Source of the DNA: Candidatus Eiseniibacteriota bacterium
GTDB taxonomy: Bacteria > Eisenbacteria > RBG-16-71-46
Reading direction: 5' to 3'
DNA: 64,000 nucleotides
Assembly (NCBI GenBank): GCA_963744995.1
Contig: CAVUWA010000010.1
Location: 256,001 to 320,000, forward strand
Made by a program: the position numbers and the translations under genes. The notes under the pieces were generated by a model, which did not search any database, was not told the origin of the DNA, and saw only the letters and a list, made by a program, of their open reading frames with translations. Positions 10,379 through 20,777 of the stretch are shown here, in pieces; position 1 is the first letter of the stretch; each line of letters starts with the position of its first letter.

Positions 10379-11414
10379 CGCGCATCAGGGCATACGCCAC
10401 GCTGACGGCGAGGGCGAGGATGAACGTCACGATGACCATGAGACCGCGCTTCGGACTCGACCGGCGTTGCGGCGGTACCGCCTCATCGAGCACTTCGACC
10501 GTCGGGATGTCGCGCGCCTCGGTGATTCTCGCCTCCTCGTACTGTCCCGTCAGGAGGATCCACAGCTGCTCCTGCGTCTTCACGTCCCGGAACAGACGGG
10601 CGAGCTCGAGTCCCGTTTCGGGAAGGGCCTGCAGCTGCCGGTCGATCTGCTTCAGACGCTGCATGGTCTGAATCTCCTCGTCGCTTCCTTCCGTGGTGTA
10701 GCCGCGGATCACCCCGAGGCGGACGTTCAGCGCGGCGCGTTCCGCATAGAGCCGCGCCGCGGTCTCGATTGCGCTCGAAGCCTCCGGACTCAGGGCCACG
10801 GCCTTGTTCGCCGCCTGATACTTGGCCAGCCGCTCCTCGGCCTTCGCCAGGCTGTCCCGCGTATCCTGCAGACGGCGCTCGACGAAGATCCGGGTGCGCC
10901 GGCCGCGAGTCATCCGGGAGTCACGATTGAAGCGGTCGAGCAGCTCGACGAACGCGTTGGCCATGTCGGCTGCCATCTTCGGGTCGCTGTCCTCCACGAC
11001 CACCTCGACCAGCCCGGCTTCCGTCAGGTTGAAGTGCGTGTGGCTGCGCAGTTCCTTGATCGCGTCGACCATCATCTTCTGCTTGTAGCGCTTCATCAGG
11101 TCGAACTTCCTGACGATCTCCTCCGCGATGTGGCGGCTGCTCAGGATGGCGACGAACACGTCGGCCGGTGCGGCCTGCGTGGGGACCTTCACGCCCGGGA
11201 CGCCGATGCCTTTCAGCAGGCTGACGATGCCGAGCCCGGACTCCTCCTCGCTCGGCGGCAGCAGCGAACAACGGGCCTCGTACATCTTCGGCAGGAGCAG
11301 AGAGATGCCCGCGACCAGGACGGACGCGGTGAGGGTGAAGATCACGATGAAACGCCGCGCGTTCCAGATCTTCCGCCAGAACAGGGCGAGTTCGACCGTC
11401 CGGATCATCGTCAT
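10350..11414 (-). CDS. Polysaccharide chain-length determinant (Wzz/GumC-like, no kinase domain)
   Basis: Two TMs flanking a coiled coil; VEVLDEAVPPQRRSSPKR motif. Confidence 0.85.
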   Translation of the reverse strand: MTMIRTVELALFWRKIWNARRFIVIFTLTASVLVAGISLLLPKMYEARCSLLPPSEEESGLGIVSLLKGIGVPGVKVPTQAAPADVFVAILSSRHIAEEIVRKFDLMKRYKQKMMVDAIKELRSHTHFNLTEAGLVEVVVEDSDPKMAADMANAFVELLDRFNRDSRMTRGRRTRIFVERRLQDTRDSLAKAEERLAKYQAANKAVALSPEASSAIETAARLYAERAALNVRLGVIRGYTTEGSDEEIQTMQRLKQIDRQLQALPETGLELARLFRDVKTQEQLWILLTGQYEEARITEARDIPTVEVLDEAVPPQRRSSPKRGLMVIVTFILALAVSVAYALMRDGGDARPAS

Positions 11415-13030
11415 CGGCGCGTCGCCACCACGATGACGGCGATCTGGCCGGCCACGGCGAGCCCCTCGCGGAAGATGGCCCAGAAGTCGACCGACTTGCG
11501 CTCGGGCACCCAGATGAGATCGCCGGGCGACACGTTTGGAACGTCGCGGGCACGCAGCGTCTGCCCGGTCACTGCTCGCGTAATGAGCACCCTGCCCCGC
11601 GCCGCGAGCTTCGAGTAGCCCCCCGCGAGGCGGACGTACTCGTTCACGTCGCGTTGAGGATCGAACGCGACGATTCCAGGCCTGCGGACCTCGCCGTCGA
11701 CGCGTACCGATGCGATCAGGGGATCCACCCGCACGACATCGCCCTGCCTGAGAATGATGTCCAGCTCCTGCGACTGCCGCACGCGGGACCAGTCCACCCT
11801 GAATTCATCCCGGCGCTCCGCGAGGCGGGTGCGAAGCACCTCGTATTCGGAGTCGGTCATCTCGGCGCGCGACAGGCGCTGCAGGCGCTCGAACTCGGGA
11901 TCCGATTCGTCGCTGCCCGGCCGCTTGCGATAGATCCGGATCGTGGAGAGATCCGCCTGCGACGTGAACCCACCTGCCGACGCCACGAGGTCGGAAAGCC
12001 GCGTCTGTCCGGTGGACAGCGGGTAGGTTCCCGGCTTCAGCACTTCGCCGAAGATGGATGCCTGCTCGAGCAGATGGAACTGCGAAAGCAGATAGATGAA
12101 CACCCGATCTCCGTCCTTCAATGACGGATTGAAACCGTGGCGGTAGACGCTTTCGAGGTTGAAGAACGTCGACTCCGCCGTCGTCGGCGTCACCCAGCGC
12201 AGCATGAGCGCATGGTCCACCAGGGCCGACGGCAACGGGCCGCCCGCGATGTCCATGAGCGTCATCAGACTGTCGCTGGGGCCGAGCTCATAGGAACCGG
12301 GGCGGGCCACGGCGCCCCGAATCTCCACGAACTCGCTCGCCACCGGAACGCGGACGACGTCGCCATCGACCAGGTACGGGTTCTGCTCCATGCGGCCCAG
12401 ACGTTCGAACAGCTCCAGGTCCGCGATGAGGCGTGTTCCATCGCGGCGGACGACTTCCACATTGCGTCGCGACGCGCCGTCCTCCAGGGCCGTCCGGGGC
12501 AGGATGTCGCTCACGCGACTGGTGGCGGGAACCTCGATCGCCCCCGGCTGCTTGACGGCGCCGGTGACGTAGATCCGCATCGAGCGGACCCGCATGAGCT
12601 GAACGTTGAGCCGCACCCCGTTCAACCGGTCCGCGACGCGGTCCGAGAGCTGATCCCGGAGCTCCGCGAGCATCAGCCCGTCCGTGTCGATCGACCCGAG
12701 GTTGGGAACGAAAAGCTGCCCTTCAGCGCCCACGGTCACGACGAATTGCCGCGTGATCCGCCCCGTGAGGTTCACCTGCAGGACGTCTCCCGGGCCCATG
12801 CGGTACGTGCGCGGATCGATGGGTCCGGCCACGGGGGACGCATCGACGGTGCCGGCCGCCTGCTCCGCAGCCTTGTTCCGCAGTGCCTCCACGTCCTCAC
12901 TCGTGTACGCGCGCGGCAGGTCCGTAGCGTCCAGCGTCGGCTCCTGCGCGATGGCGCCGCCCGGGCCGCACGCGGACAGGAAGACGCTGCAGGCCACCCA
13001 CATGACCAGCCACCGGCACCTTCGCCTCAC
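11411..13030 (-). CDS. Polysaccharide export protein with multiple SLBB domains (Wza/KpsD-like)
   Basis: YRMGPGD motif, repeated G(E/A)VxxPG SLBB motifs, C-terminal helix. Confidence 0.88.
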   Translation of the reverse strand: MRRRCRWLVMWVACSVFLSACGPGGAIAQEPTLDATDLPRAYTSEDVEALRNKAAEQAAGTVDASPVAGPIDPRTYRMGPGDVLQVNLTGRITRQFVVTVGAEGQLFVPNLGSIDTDGLMLAELRDQLSDRVADRLNGVRLNVQLMRVRSMRIYVTGAVKQPGAIEVPATSRVSDILPRTALEDGASRRNVEVVRRDGTRLIADLELFERLGRMEQNPYLVDGDVVRVPVASEFVEIRGAVARPGSYELGPSDSLMTLMDIAGGPLPSALVDHALMLRWVTPTTAESTFFNLESVYRHGFNPSLKDGDRVFIYLLSQFHLLEQASIFGEVLKPGTYPLSTGQTRLSDLVASAGGFTSQADLSTIRIYRKRPGSDESDPEFERLQRLSRAEMTDSEYEVLRTRLAERRDEFRVDWSRVRQSQELDIILRQGDVVRVDPLIASVRVDGEVRRPGIVAFDPQRDVNEYVRLAGGYSKLAARGRVLITRAVTGQTLRARDVPNVSPGDLIWVPERKSVDFWAIFREGLAVAGQIAVIVVATRR

Positions 13031-14079
13031 CCGCTCACCTCTTTCAGCACCTTCCGCCGTCCGTACATCCGCTCATAGTACGCGCGGAACTCGCCTTCCT
13101 TGATCGGCCGCCACCACGTTTCGTGAGTGCGATACCACTCGACCGTCTGCGCGAGGCCCTGATCGAACTCGACCGCCGGCTTCCAGCCCGTGCGGTTCTC
13201 GAGCCTGGTCGAATCGACCGCGTAACGGCGATCGTGGCCGGGCCGGTCCTCGACGTGCCGGATGAGCGTCTTCGGCTTGCCGAGCAGCCGCAGCAGATGG
13301 TCGGTCACGGTGAGCACGTCCAGTTCTTCGCCCGCGCCGATGTTGAACGTCTCGCCCTCGACGCCGTCGTGGGTCAGCAGCCGGAGCAGCGCGTCGCAAT
13401 GGTCGTCCACGTGCAGCCAGTCGCGCTTGTTGAGCCCGGTACCGTACACGGGCAGCGGCTGGTCGTCGATCGCGTTGGTGATGAACAGCGGCATCAGCTT
13501 CTCGGGGTACTGGCGCGGGCCGAAATTGTTCGAGCAACGGGTCACCACGACCGGAAGCCCGTAGGTCGTCCAGTACGCGTAGGCGAGCCGGTCGCCGCCC
13601 GCCTTGCTCGCGGCATAGGGGCTGCGGGGCATGAGCGGCCAATCCTCGGTCGAGCGGCCTTCGAGCACCTCGCCGTAGACTTCGTCGGTCGAAACCTGCA
13701 CGAAGCGGGTGATCTTCTGCCGGAGCGCCTCCTCGCACAGAACGAAAACGCCGTACACATCGGTCTGGATGAAGTCGCCCGGGGTCTCGATCGAGCGGTC
13801 GACGTGCGACTCGGCGGCGAAGTTCAGGACGTAGTCGCAGCCCGCCATCGCCTGCGCCACGGCTTTTGGGTCGCGGATGTCGCCATGCACGAACGTCAGC
13901 GCCTCGGCCGAAATCCCGTCGAGATTCTCGCGGCGCCCCGCGTAGGTGAGCGCGTCGAGCACGACGACATGCGCATCCGGGTGCCGTGCGTGCAGCATGT
14001 GCACGAAGTTGGAGCCGATGAAGCCGGCGCCGCCGGTGACCAGGATCCTGCGGCCGCCGAGCTTGCCGCGCTCAGCCAT
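13027..14079 (-). CDS. rfbB: dTDP-glucose 4,6-dehydratase
   Basis: GGAGFIG, DALTYAG, FAAESHVDRSI, STDEVYG and YAASK motifs. Confidence 0.95.
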   Translation of the reverse strand: MAERGKLGGRRILVTGGAGFIGSNFVHMLHARHPDAHVVVLDALTYAGRRENLDGISAEALTFVHGDIRDPKAVAQAMAGCDYVLNFAAESHVDRSIETPGDFIQTDVYGVFVLCEEALRQKITRFVQVSTDEVYGEVLEGRSTEDWPLMPRSPYAASKAGGDRLAYAYWTTYGLPVVVTRCSNNFGPRQYPEKLMPLFITNAIDDQPLPVYGTGLNKRDWLHVDDHCDALLRLLTHDGVEGETFNIGAGEELDVLTVTDHLLRLLGKPKTLIRHVEDRPGHDRRYAVDSTRLENRTGWKPAVEFDQGLAQTVEWYRTHETWWRPIKEGEFRAYYERMYGRRKVLKEVSG

Positions 14080-14527
14080 CCTTGCGACTCCAGTCGTATG
14101 GAACGCTCGGATCGTCGGGCGCAACGCGGTGCTCGTCGGGCTTGTCGTAGACGTAGTGCTCGGTGGGCGTGTTCACGAGGTAGGCGGGTTCGGTGCCGAC
14201 CCCCTTCATGCCGTGCAGCACCAGCGGCGGGATCACCACGAGAATCGGGTTCTGCTCGCCCATGAAGAATTCATTGACCTCGCCCTTCGTCGGGCTGTCC
14301 TCGCGCGAATCGTACAGCACGACCTTGGCCATGCCCTTCACGAAGACGAAATGGTCGGTCTGTTTGCGGTGGTAATGCCACCCCTTGACGACGCCCGGAT
14401 ACACGACCGAGAGGTAGACCTGCCCGAACTTCTGGAAGAACTCATCGTCGTCGCGCATCATTTCCATGAGGAAGCCGCGCTCGTCCGGGATCACCTTGAG
14501 CTTCTTGATCTTCACACCGTGGATCAT
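14072..14527 (-). CDS. rfbC: dTDP-4-dehydrorhamnose 3,5-epimerase family protein
   Basis: IPDERGFLME, VKGWHYH and LHG cupin motifs; ATGA overlap with ugd. Confidence 0.85.
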   Translation of the reverse strand: MIHGVKIKKLKVIPDERGFLMEMMRDDDEFFQKFGQVYLSVVYPGVVKGWHYHRKQTDHFVFVKGMAKVVLYDSREDSPTKGEVNEFFMGEQNPILVVIPPLVLHGMKGVGTEPAYLVNTPTEHYVYDKPDEHRVAPDDPSVPYDWSRKDG

Positions 14528-15891
14528 CGGGTGCTCCTCTTCCGCGCCGCGCGGCGCGGCGTGGCGCCGTGCGCGGTCGGGCGCCCACGGCCGACACCGA
14601 TGTGGGTCAGGCCGGCGCGCTCGACTTCGCTCGGATCGTAGATGTTGCGCAGGTCGCACAACACCGGCCTCTTCATCACCCGCTTGAGCGCGCCCAGGCG
14701 GATGTTGCGGAACTCGTTCCACTCCGTGACGATCGCCACGGCATGGGCGCCGCGCGCGGCGTCGATCGCGTCCTTCATGAACTCCACACCGCGCAACTCC
14801 TTCAACTTCGCGGCGACCGGCATGGCCACCGGGTCGAACGCACGCACCTTGTAGCCACGGCGCTTCAAGCCCTGGATGATCTTGATCGACGGCGCCTCGC
14901 GCATGTCGTCGGTGTTGGGTTTGAAGGCGAGCCCCAGGATGCCGATGCGTCGCCCGCGCCCCTTGCCCGCCGCGGCGGCGATCTTGTCCACCATGCGCTT
15001 CATCTGGTTTTCGTTGGCGGCGATCGTCGCCTCGACGATGCCGACCGGCGTGCCGGCATCGCGGGCGAGCGAGGCCAGCGCCAGCGTGTCCTTCGGGAAG
15101 CAGGAGCCGCCGTAGCCCGGGCCCGAATGCAGGAACTTGGGGCCGATGCGGCGATCCATGCCGAGCCCCTTCGCCACGGTCTGCACGTCGGCGCCGACCG
15201 CCTCGCACAGGTTGGCGACCTCGTTGATGAACGAGATCTTGGCGGCGAGAAACACGTTCGACGCGTACTTGATCAGTTCCGCCGTCTCGAGCGAGGTGAC
15301 CACCATCGGCGTCTCGATCAGGAACAGCGGATCGTGAATCTTCTTGAGGATCGTGGCTGCGCGCTTCGTCTCGGCGCCGATCACCACGCGGTCGGGCCGC
15401 ATGAAGGTCTCGATCGCCGAGCCCTCGCGCAGGAACTCCGGGTTCGACGCCAGGTCGAATTCGGCACCGCGCTTCGCGAAGCGGCGCATGTACCGCCCCA
15501 GGTCGCGGGCGGTGCCGACCGGCGCGGTGCTCTTCTGCACCACGACCATGTATCCGTCGAGGTTCTGCGCGATGGTCTTTGCGACCGCGTAGATCGCGCT
15601 GGTGTCGGCGCTGCCGTCGGCGCGCGGCGGGGTACCGACCGTGATGAAGACGACCTTGCTCTTCGGCAGAGCCGCCTCGAGGTCGGTTTCGAAGCTGAGC
15701 CGCCCTTCCTGCACGTTGCGGGCGACGAGATCCTGAAGCCCGGGCTCGTAGAACGGCACCTCGAGAGCGCGCAGACTCTCGATCTTGGTGGGGTCGCTGT
15801 CGACGCACACGACCTGGTTGCCGAAGTCTGCAAGGCAGGCGCCGCTCACGAGGCCCACGTAGCCGGTACCCACGACGGTGATCTTGTGCAA
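14524..15891 (-). CDS. ugd: UDP-glucose 6-dehydrogenase
   Basis: GTGYVG, SNPEFLREG, GYGGSCFPKD and FKPNTDDMRE motifs; TTG start with AAGGAA RBS. Confidence 0.93.
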   Translation of the reverse strand: MHKITVVGTGYVGLVSGACLADFGNQVVCVDSDPTKIESLRALEVPFYEPGLQDLVARNVQEGRLSFETDLEAALPKSKVVFITVGTPPRADGSADTSAIYAVAKTIAQNLDGYMVVVQKSTAPVGTARDLGRYMRRFAKRGAEFDLASNPEFLREGSAIETFMRPDRVVIGAETKRAATILKKIHDPLFLIETPMVVTSLETAELIKYASNVFLAAKISFINEVANLCEAVGADVQTVAKGLGMDRRIGPKFLHSGPGYGGSCFPKDTLALASLARDAGTPVGIVEATIAANENQMKRMVDKIAAAAGKGRGRRIGILGLAFKPNTDDMREAPSIKIIQGLKRRGYKVRAFDPVAMPVAAKLKELRGVEFMKDAIDAARGAHAVAIVTEWNEFRNIRLGALKRVMKRPVLCDLRNIYDPSEVERAGLTHIGVGRGRPTAHGATPRRAARKRSTR

Positions 15892-15978
15892 GGCGGGTTC
15901 CTTGTGGAGGTTCGGGCGCCGGCGGCGCCGGGGGCTCGAAGGGCGGTCCGGCATCGCGGACGCCCCAAACGGCACTGG

Positions 15979-16007
15979 AGGTTAGGGGGTCGCCCTCGCG
16001 CGGTCAA
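15979..16007 (-). promoter_or_regulatory. sigma70-like promoter for the ugd-rfbC-rfbB-export operon
   Basis: TTGACC-N17-TAACCT on the minus strand. Confidence 0.55.
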
Positions 16008-16010
16008 ACC

Positions 16011-16982
16011 TCATCCGGCGCTCCGGCACCGGTCGAGCAGATCGTGCAGGGTGACCTCGAGACCGAAGCGCGGACGCCAGCCGGTGGCCGCGCGGACGCG
16101 CGTGGGATCACCCACCAGATACGGCACGTCGGCCGGGCGAACGCGCTCCGGGTCCACCTCGACGCGCACCGGCACGCGCGCCATGCCGGTCAGCATCTCG
16201 ACGACGCCGGTGAGCGGCATGCCCGTGCCGCTGCAGACGTTGTAGGCCGCACCAGCCACTCCCGTTTCCAGCAGCCGCGCGTAGCATTCGGCGACGTCGC
16301 GGACGTCGAGAATGTCGCGGGTAACGCCGAGATTCCCGACCCGCAGCACGCCCCCGGCACCGCCCTTTTCGAGCGCGGCGATCTGCAGCGCGAAGGACGG
16401 CATGGCGAAGCGCGCCGATTGCCCCGGGCCGGCGTGACTGAACGAACGGGTGCGGATCACGTCGAGCCCGTGACGCTCGTGGAACGCCAGCGCCAGCTCG
16501 TCGAGCGTGGCCTTCGAGAACGCGTAGGGGCTGACCGGCCGGAACGGCGCGTCCTCGGCGACCCGTGACCCCTCGGGCTGCGGTCCGTAGGCTTCGCCCG
16601 AACCGATCACCAGCACCCGCGCTCCGCCGGCGTGCGCGACCGCCGCGCGCAGCACGTGCCACGAGCCCAGCACGTTGACTCGGAAGGTCGCCTCGGCCTC
16701 GCTGAAGGAAAGTCCTGCGCTGGCCTGGCCGGCGAGATGGACGATGGCCTCCGGCGCGGCGTCCCGCACGGCAGTCATGACGGCGTCCCCGCCAGCGAGA
16801 TCCGCGCGGTGCCACCCGGCGAGCGACTCCAGCGGCGACCCGGGCTCCGTTCCGAGACCCGACACGCGCGCGCCGCGGGCGATCAGCACGCCGACCAGAT
16901 GGCGGCCGACGAAGCCGCTCGCGCCCGTCACCAGCACGCGGGCTCCGTCGAGCGGGCGCGGCGCCGACGCGGCGTGCATCAC
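16011..16982 (-). CDS. NAD-dependent SDR, GDP-4-keto-6-deoxy-mannose reductase (Rmd)-like
   Basis: GASGFVG, HLAGQAS, GSGEAYG, YAFSK and HAGPGQ motifs. Confidence 0.78.
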   Translation of the reverse strand: MMHAASAPRPLDGARVLVTGASGFVGRHLVGVLIARGARVSGLGTEPGSPLESLAGWHRADLAGGDAVMTAVRDAAPEAIVHLAGQASAGLSFSEAEATFRVNVLGSWHVLRAAVAHAGGARVLVIGSGEAYGPQPEGSRVAEDAPFRPVSPYAFSKATLDELALAFHERHGLDVIRTRSFSHAGPGQSARFAMPSFALQIAALEKGGAGGVLRVGNLGVTRDILDVRDVAECYARLLETGVAGAAYNVCSGTGMPLTGVVEMLTGMARVPVRVEVDPERVRPADVPYLVGDPTRVRAATGWRPRFGLEVTLHDLLDRCRSAG

Positions 16983-17018
16983 CGGCCGTCCGGCGCGGAA
17001 GCGGACGCCGGGATCATG

Positions 17019-17972
17019 TCAGCGTGCCCGCCAGTGCTCCAGCATGTCCCGGAGCGTCTGCTCGAACGGGATCGTCGGCTGCCAGCCCGTCGCCTTCACG
17101 AACTTCGAGTTGTCGCCGAGCAGGATCGGCACGTCACTGGGCCGCAGGCGCGCGGGGTCCTGCCTCACCTCGATCTTCGCCTTCGTCATGCCGAGCAGCA
17201 TCTCGAGCAGCTCGCTGATCTTCCAGGCCCGGCCCCGGCAGATGTTGTACGCCTCTCCCGGTTCGCACTTCTCGAGCGCCAGCCAGTAGGCCTTCACCAT
17301 GTCGCGCACGTCGGTGAAGTCGCGCTGCGCTTCGAGGTTGCCCACGCTCAGCACCGGCTCACGGCGGCCCTTCTCGATGTCGGCGATCTGCTTGGCGAAA
17401 TCGCTCGCCACGAACACCGGCCCGCGCCGCGGCCCCTCGTGATTGAAACCGCGCGTGCGCACGCAGTCCACCTTCCACGACATCCAGTACTGGTAGCCGA
17501 GCATGTCCTGCGCGACCTTGCTGACCGCGTACGGCGACAGCGGGCGCAGCGGGTTGGTCTCCCGGATCGGCACCTCGTCGGGATAGACCATCCCGTACTC
17601 TTCGCTCGAGCAGGCGAGCTGGATGCGGCAGTCGAGCTTCATGTGCCGCACGGCTTCGAACAGGTTCACCTGCGCGAGCACGTTGGTGGTCAGCGATTCC
17701 GTCGGCGCGATCCACGACGTCGGCACGAACGACTGTGCGGCCAGGTGGAAGATCCATTCCGGCTTCACCTTCTCGAGCGTGTCGCGCGTCGAGGTCGCGT
17801 CGCGCAGGTCGCACTCGAGCATGGTGATGCGTTCGGCGAAGTGCTCGACGTTCTCGGTACGGCTGCGCCAGCGCTGGATGCCGAAGATGTCGCAGTCGCC
17901 CCGCTCGAGCATGTAGTCGACGAGGTGGCTGCCGGCGAAACCGGTGACGCCGGTGACGAGAACACGACGCAT
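17019..17972 (-). CDS. GDP-mannose 4,6-dehydratase/Rmd-like SDR
   Basis: GVTGFAG, HLAAQSFV, SSEEYG, YAVSK and FNHEGPRRG motifs. Confidence 0.82.
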   Translation of the reverse strand: MRRVLVTGVTGFAGSHLVDYMLERGDCDIFGIQRWRSRTENVEHFAERITMLECDLRDATSTRDTLEKVKPEWIFHLAAQSFVPTSWIAPTESLTTNVLAQVNLFEAVRHMKLDCRIQLACSSEEYGMVYPDEVPIRETNPLRPLSPYAVSKVAQDMLGYQYWMSWKVDCVRTRGFNHEGPRRGPVFVASDFAKQIADIEKGRREPVLSVGNLEAQRDFTDVRDMVKAYWLALEKCEPGEAYNICRGRAWKISELLEMLLGMTKAKIEVRQDPARLRPSDVPILLGDNSKFVKATGWQPTIPFEQTLRDMLEHWRAR

Positions 17973-18013
17973 GGACGCTCCTGGCCTGGGACGGATCCTT
18001 CGAACGAGCCTGA

Positions 18014-18042
18014 AAAGTATGCAGTCGGGCCATCGGGGTCAA
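18014..18042 (-). promoter_or_regulatory. sigma70-like promoter for the gmd/rmd-like genes
   Basis: TTGACC-N17-TACTTT on the minus strand. Confidence 0.5.
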
Positions 18043-18075
18043 CGCGGGCGGCGGCCGATCCGCTCGCCCTGACCG

Positions 18076-18104
18076 TTCGCGGTGCATTCGACCCATGCTA
18101 GACT
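18076..18104 (+). promoter_or_regulatory. sigma70-like promoter for wzx
   Basis: TTCGCG-N17-TAGACT with a TGn extended -10. Confidence 0.4.
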
Positions 18105-18187
18105 GCGCCGCGCCGTTCGGCACTTCCGCCTTTCGGATCGACGCCAGGCGACCTCCATCCCCTCTCATTCACGCAGGGACAGCCCAT

Positions 18188-19681
18188 TTGAACGTGTCCA
18201 GGTCGCTCACCAGCGGGCGTCTTCTCGCCCGGAATTCGCTGTGGAACCTGCTGGGCCAGGCCACGCCCGCCCTGATCGCCCTGATCGCCGTTCCGCAGAT
18301 GTTGCACGGATTCGGCGTCGAGCGATTCGGTGTCCTCACGCTCGCCTGGGTGTTCATCGGCTACTTCAGTCTGTTCGACTTCGGAATCGGCTGGGCGCTG
18401 ACCAAACTGGTGGCCGACCGGCTCGGCCACGGCCGAACCGAAGATCTCGCCGAGACCGTCTGGTCCGCATGGTTCGCCATGTTCGCGCTCGGTTGCGCGG
18501 GCGCACTGGTCGTCGCTCTGGTGGCACCCGTGCTCGTCGAGCGTATTCTCCATGTTCCCGCGGCCCTTCAGCAGGAGGCCGTGCGCGCCTTCACCTGTCT
18601 CGCGGTCGCCCTGCCGTCGGTCACGCTGGGCGCGGGCGCGCAGGGCGTGCTCGCCGCCCACCAGCGGTTCGGCGCCATCAATGCGATCCGGATCCCGCTG
18701 GGAATCCTGCTCCTGCTGGGCCCGATCGCCGTGCTGCCGTTTTCCAGGAGCCTCGTGGTGGCGGTGGGCGTGCTCGCGGCGCTGCGCTGGGCGGCGTGCG
18801 CCGCCATGCTCGTGCAGAACCTGCGCCTGTTCCCGTGGTTGCGCCGTCCGGCGTTTCGCGCCGGCGTGCTGGGAGAGCTGTTGCGCTTCGGCGGCTGGAT
18901 GACCGTGAGCAATGTCCTCGGTCCGCTGATGGTCTCAGTCGACCGGTTCGTGATCGGCGCGGTGCTGTCGGTCGAGCTCGTCGCCTATTACACGACCCCC
19001 TACGAGATGATCACGCGCGCCTGGATCCTCTCCGCTCCGATCGTGGGCGTGCTGTTCCCGGCGTTTGCAGCGAGCTTCACGACGGATCCGCCGCGCACGC
19101 GCGAACTGTTCCGCTGGGGATTCAAGGCGATCCTCGGCGCGCTGCTGCCGGTGAGCATGTGCGTGATCGCACTGGGGCACGAGGGACTCAACCTCTGGCT
19201 GGGCCCGGCCTTCGCGAGTCGGAGCACGGCCGTATTGCAGTGGCTTGCGATCGGTGTCTTCATGAACGGCCTCGCCCAGATGGCGATTTCACTCGTGCAG
19301 GGCACCGGGCATCCGCGCTGGAGCGCGACGCTGCATCTCATCGAACTGCCCTTCTACCTTGCCGGGCTCTGGTTCCTGGTGCACACGTACGGTATCGTCG
19401 GTGCCGCCATGGCCTGGACCCTGCGAGCGGGCTTCGACGCCGTGGCGTTGTTCGTCATGTGCCACCTGCTGCTCGGGACGGAGGCGAAGACCCGCCGGGC
19501 CCATGCCGCCGGATTCGGACTCTCGCTCGCGCTCCTCGCCGGTCTCATGCAACCGTTCAGCCTCGCGCTGCGAGCCGTCTTCCTGAGTGCCGGACTCCTG
19601 GCGTTCGGGGTGCTGGCGTGGCAGCGCATCCTCGTCCCCGGTCGCCGGCTGCTCGGGATCCCGCCACGGGCGGCCGGATGA
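18188..19681 (+). CDS. wzx: Wzx oligosaccharide flippase (MOP superfamily)
   Basis: RNSLWNLLG, FSLFDFGIG and DRFVIG motifs, many TMs. Start chosen downstream of the predicted promoter. Confidence 0.88.
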   Translation: MNVSRSLTSGRLLARNSLWNLLGQATPALIALIAVPQMLHGFGVERFGVLTLAWVFIGYFSLFDFGIGWALTKLVADRLGHGRTEDLAETVWSAWFAMFALGCAGALVVALVAPVLVERILHVPAALQQEAVRAFTCLAVALPSVTLGAGAQGVLAAHQRFGAINAIRIPLGILLLLGPIAVLPFSRSLVVAVGVLAALRWAACAAMLVQNLRLFPWLRRPAFRAGVLGELLRFGGWMTVSNVLGPLMVSVDRFVIGAVLSVELVAYYTTPYEMITRAWILSAPIVGVLFPAFAASFTTDPPRTRELFRWGFKAILGALLPVSMCVIALGHEGLNLWLGPAFASRSTAVLQWLAIGVFMNGLAQMAISLVQGTGHPRWSATLHLIELPFYLAGLWFLVHTYGIVGAAMAWTLRAGFDAVALFVMCHLLLGTEAKTRRAHAAGFGLSLALLAGLMQPFSLALRAVFLSAGLLAFGVLAWQRILVPGRRLLGIPPRAAG

Positions 19682-20715
19682 GCGAAGGCGCTACACGCCC
19701 GACGCCGATTCGCACGCGGCCCTGTCCACGGTGTCCCATTTGCGGGCACGGTGGCGAGGTGCGGCACGACGCGGTCAAAGACCACTGGTTTGGAACGCCC
19801 GGAACCTGGACGCTGCGGGAGTGCGGCGCGCCGACGTGCGGCGCGCTCTGGCTGGATCCGGCGCCGCATCCCGACGATCTCCCCCTCGTGTACGCGAACT
19901 ACTACACCCACGAGGCGACGCCATCCGCCCGGGTTCGCATGCTGCGCCCATTCTATCGGCTTGCTCGCGCTCACTATCTGGCCCGGAGATTCGGATACCC
20001 ATCGGCTCCCGGCGGGGCGGCGGGCGCATGGCTGGGACAGCTGCTGCGGGTCGTCCCCGGCGCCGCCGATCTCGCCGACCGCACCGTGATGCATCTGCCG
20101 GCACGCGAAAACGGGAGGCTGCTGGACCTCGGCTGCGGAGACGGAGCGCGGGTTCGAACGCTGGTCGCGGGCGGTTGGAACGCCACGGGTCTCGACTTCG
20201 ACGAAGCCGCCGTTGCGGCGGGCCGCGCGGCCGGCCTCGACCTGCGCGCGGGAACGCTGTGGAGCGAGTCGTTCCCGGAGGCGACGTTCGATGCCATCAC
20301 GATGTCGCACACGATCGAGCACCTGCCGGACGTCCCGGCCGCTTTGCGGGAGTGTCATCGGCTCATGAAAGCGGGCGGGATTCTCTCGATCGTCACACCC
20401 AACGCGAGGAGCCTCGGCCACGCCGCATTCGGCCCCGTCTGGAGGGGCCTCGAGCCCCCCCGTCATCTCCAGGTCTTCACCCGGCGCGGCCTGGAGACGG
20501 CGATCACCGGGGCGGGCTTCGGCGTGATCCGGAGCTGGACCAGCGCGGATGCGGCCCCGTTCATCTTCCGGGAGAGCGCGAAGGCGGGACGCGAGGGGGT
20601 GCATCGGGGCTCATCCGCCGCGTCGAGCGCCGGCGGCTTTGCGGCGCGCGAGCGCAGAGCGCTGCGGCAGGATCCATGCGCCGGCGAGGAGATCGTTCTG
20701 CTGGCCTCGCGCTGA
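19678..20715 (+). CDS. Class I SAM-dependent methyltransferase with N-terminal Zn-ribbon
   Basis: CPIC...C....C, LLDLGCGDG, SHTIEH and PPRHL motifs; ATGA overlap with wzx. Confidence 0.85.
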   Translation: MSEGATRPTPIRTRPCPRCPICGHGGEVRHDAVKDHWFGTPGTWTLRECGAPTCGALWLDPAPHPDDLPLVYANYYTHEATPSARVRMLRPFYRLARAHYLARRFGYPSAPGGAAGAWLGQLLRVVPGAADLADRTVMHLPARENGRLLDLGCGDGARVRTLVAGGWNATGLDFDEAAVAAGRAAGLDLRAGTLWSESFPEATFDAITMSHTIEHLPDVPAALRECHRLMKAGGILSIVTPNARSLGHAAFGPVWRGLEPPRHLQVFTRRGLETAITGAGFGVIRSWTSADAAPFIFRESAKAGREGVHRGSSAASSAGGFAARERRALRQDPCAGEEIVLLASR

Positions 20716-20777
20716 GCCGCCCGGAGGCGCGGGGACACGCCCTCCACCTGCAGCCCGGCCCGCGCGCCCCGCGGGCG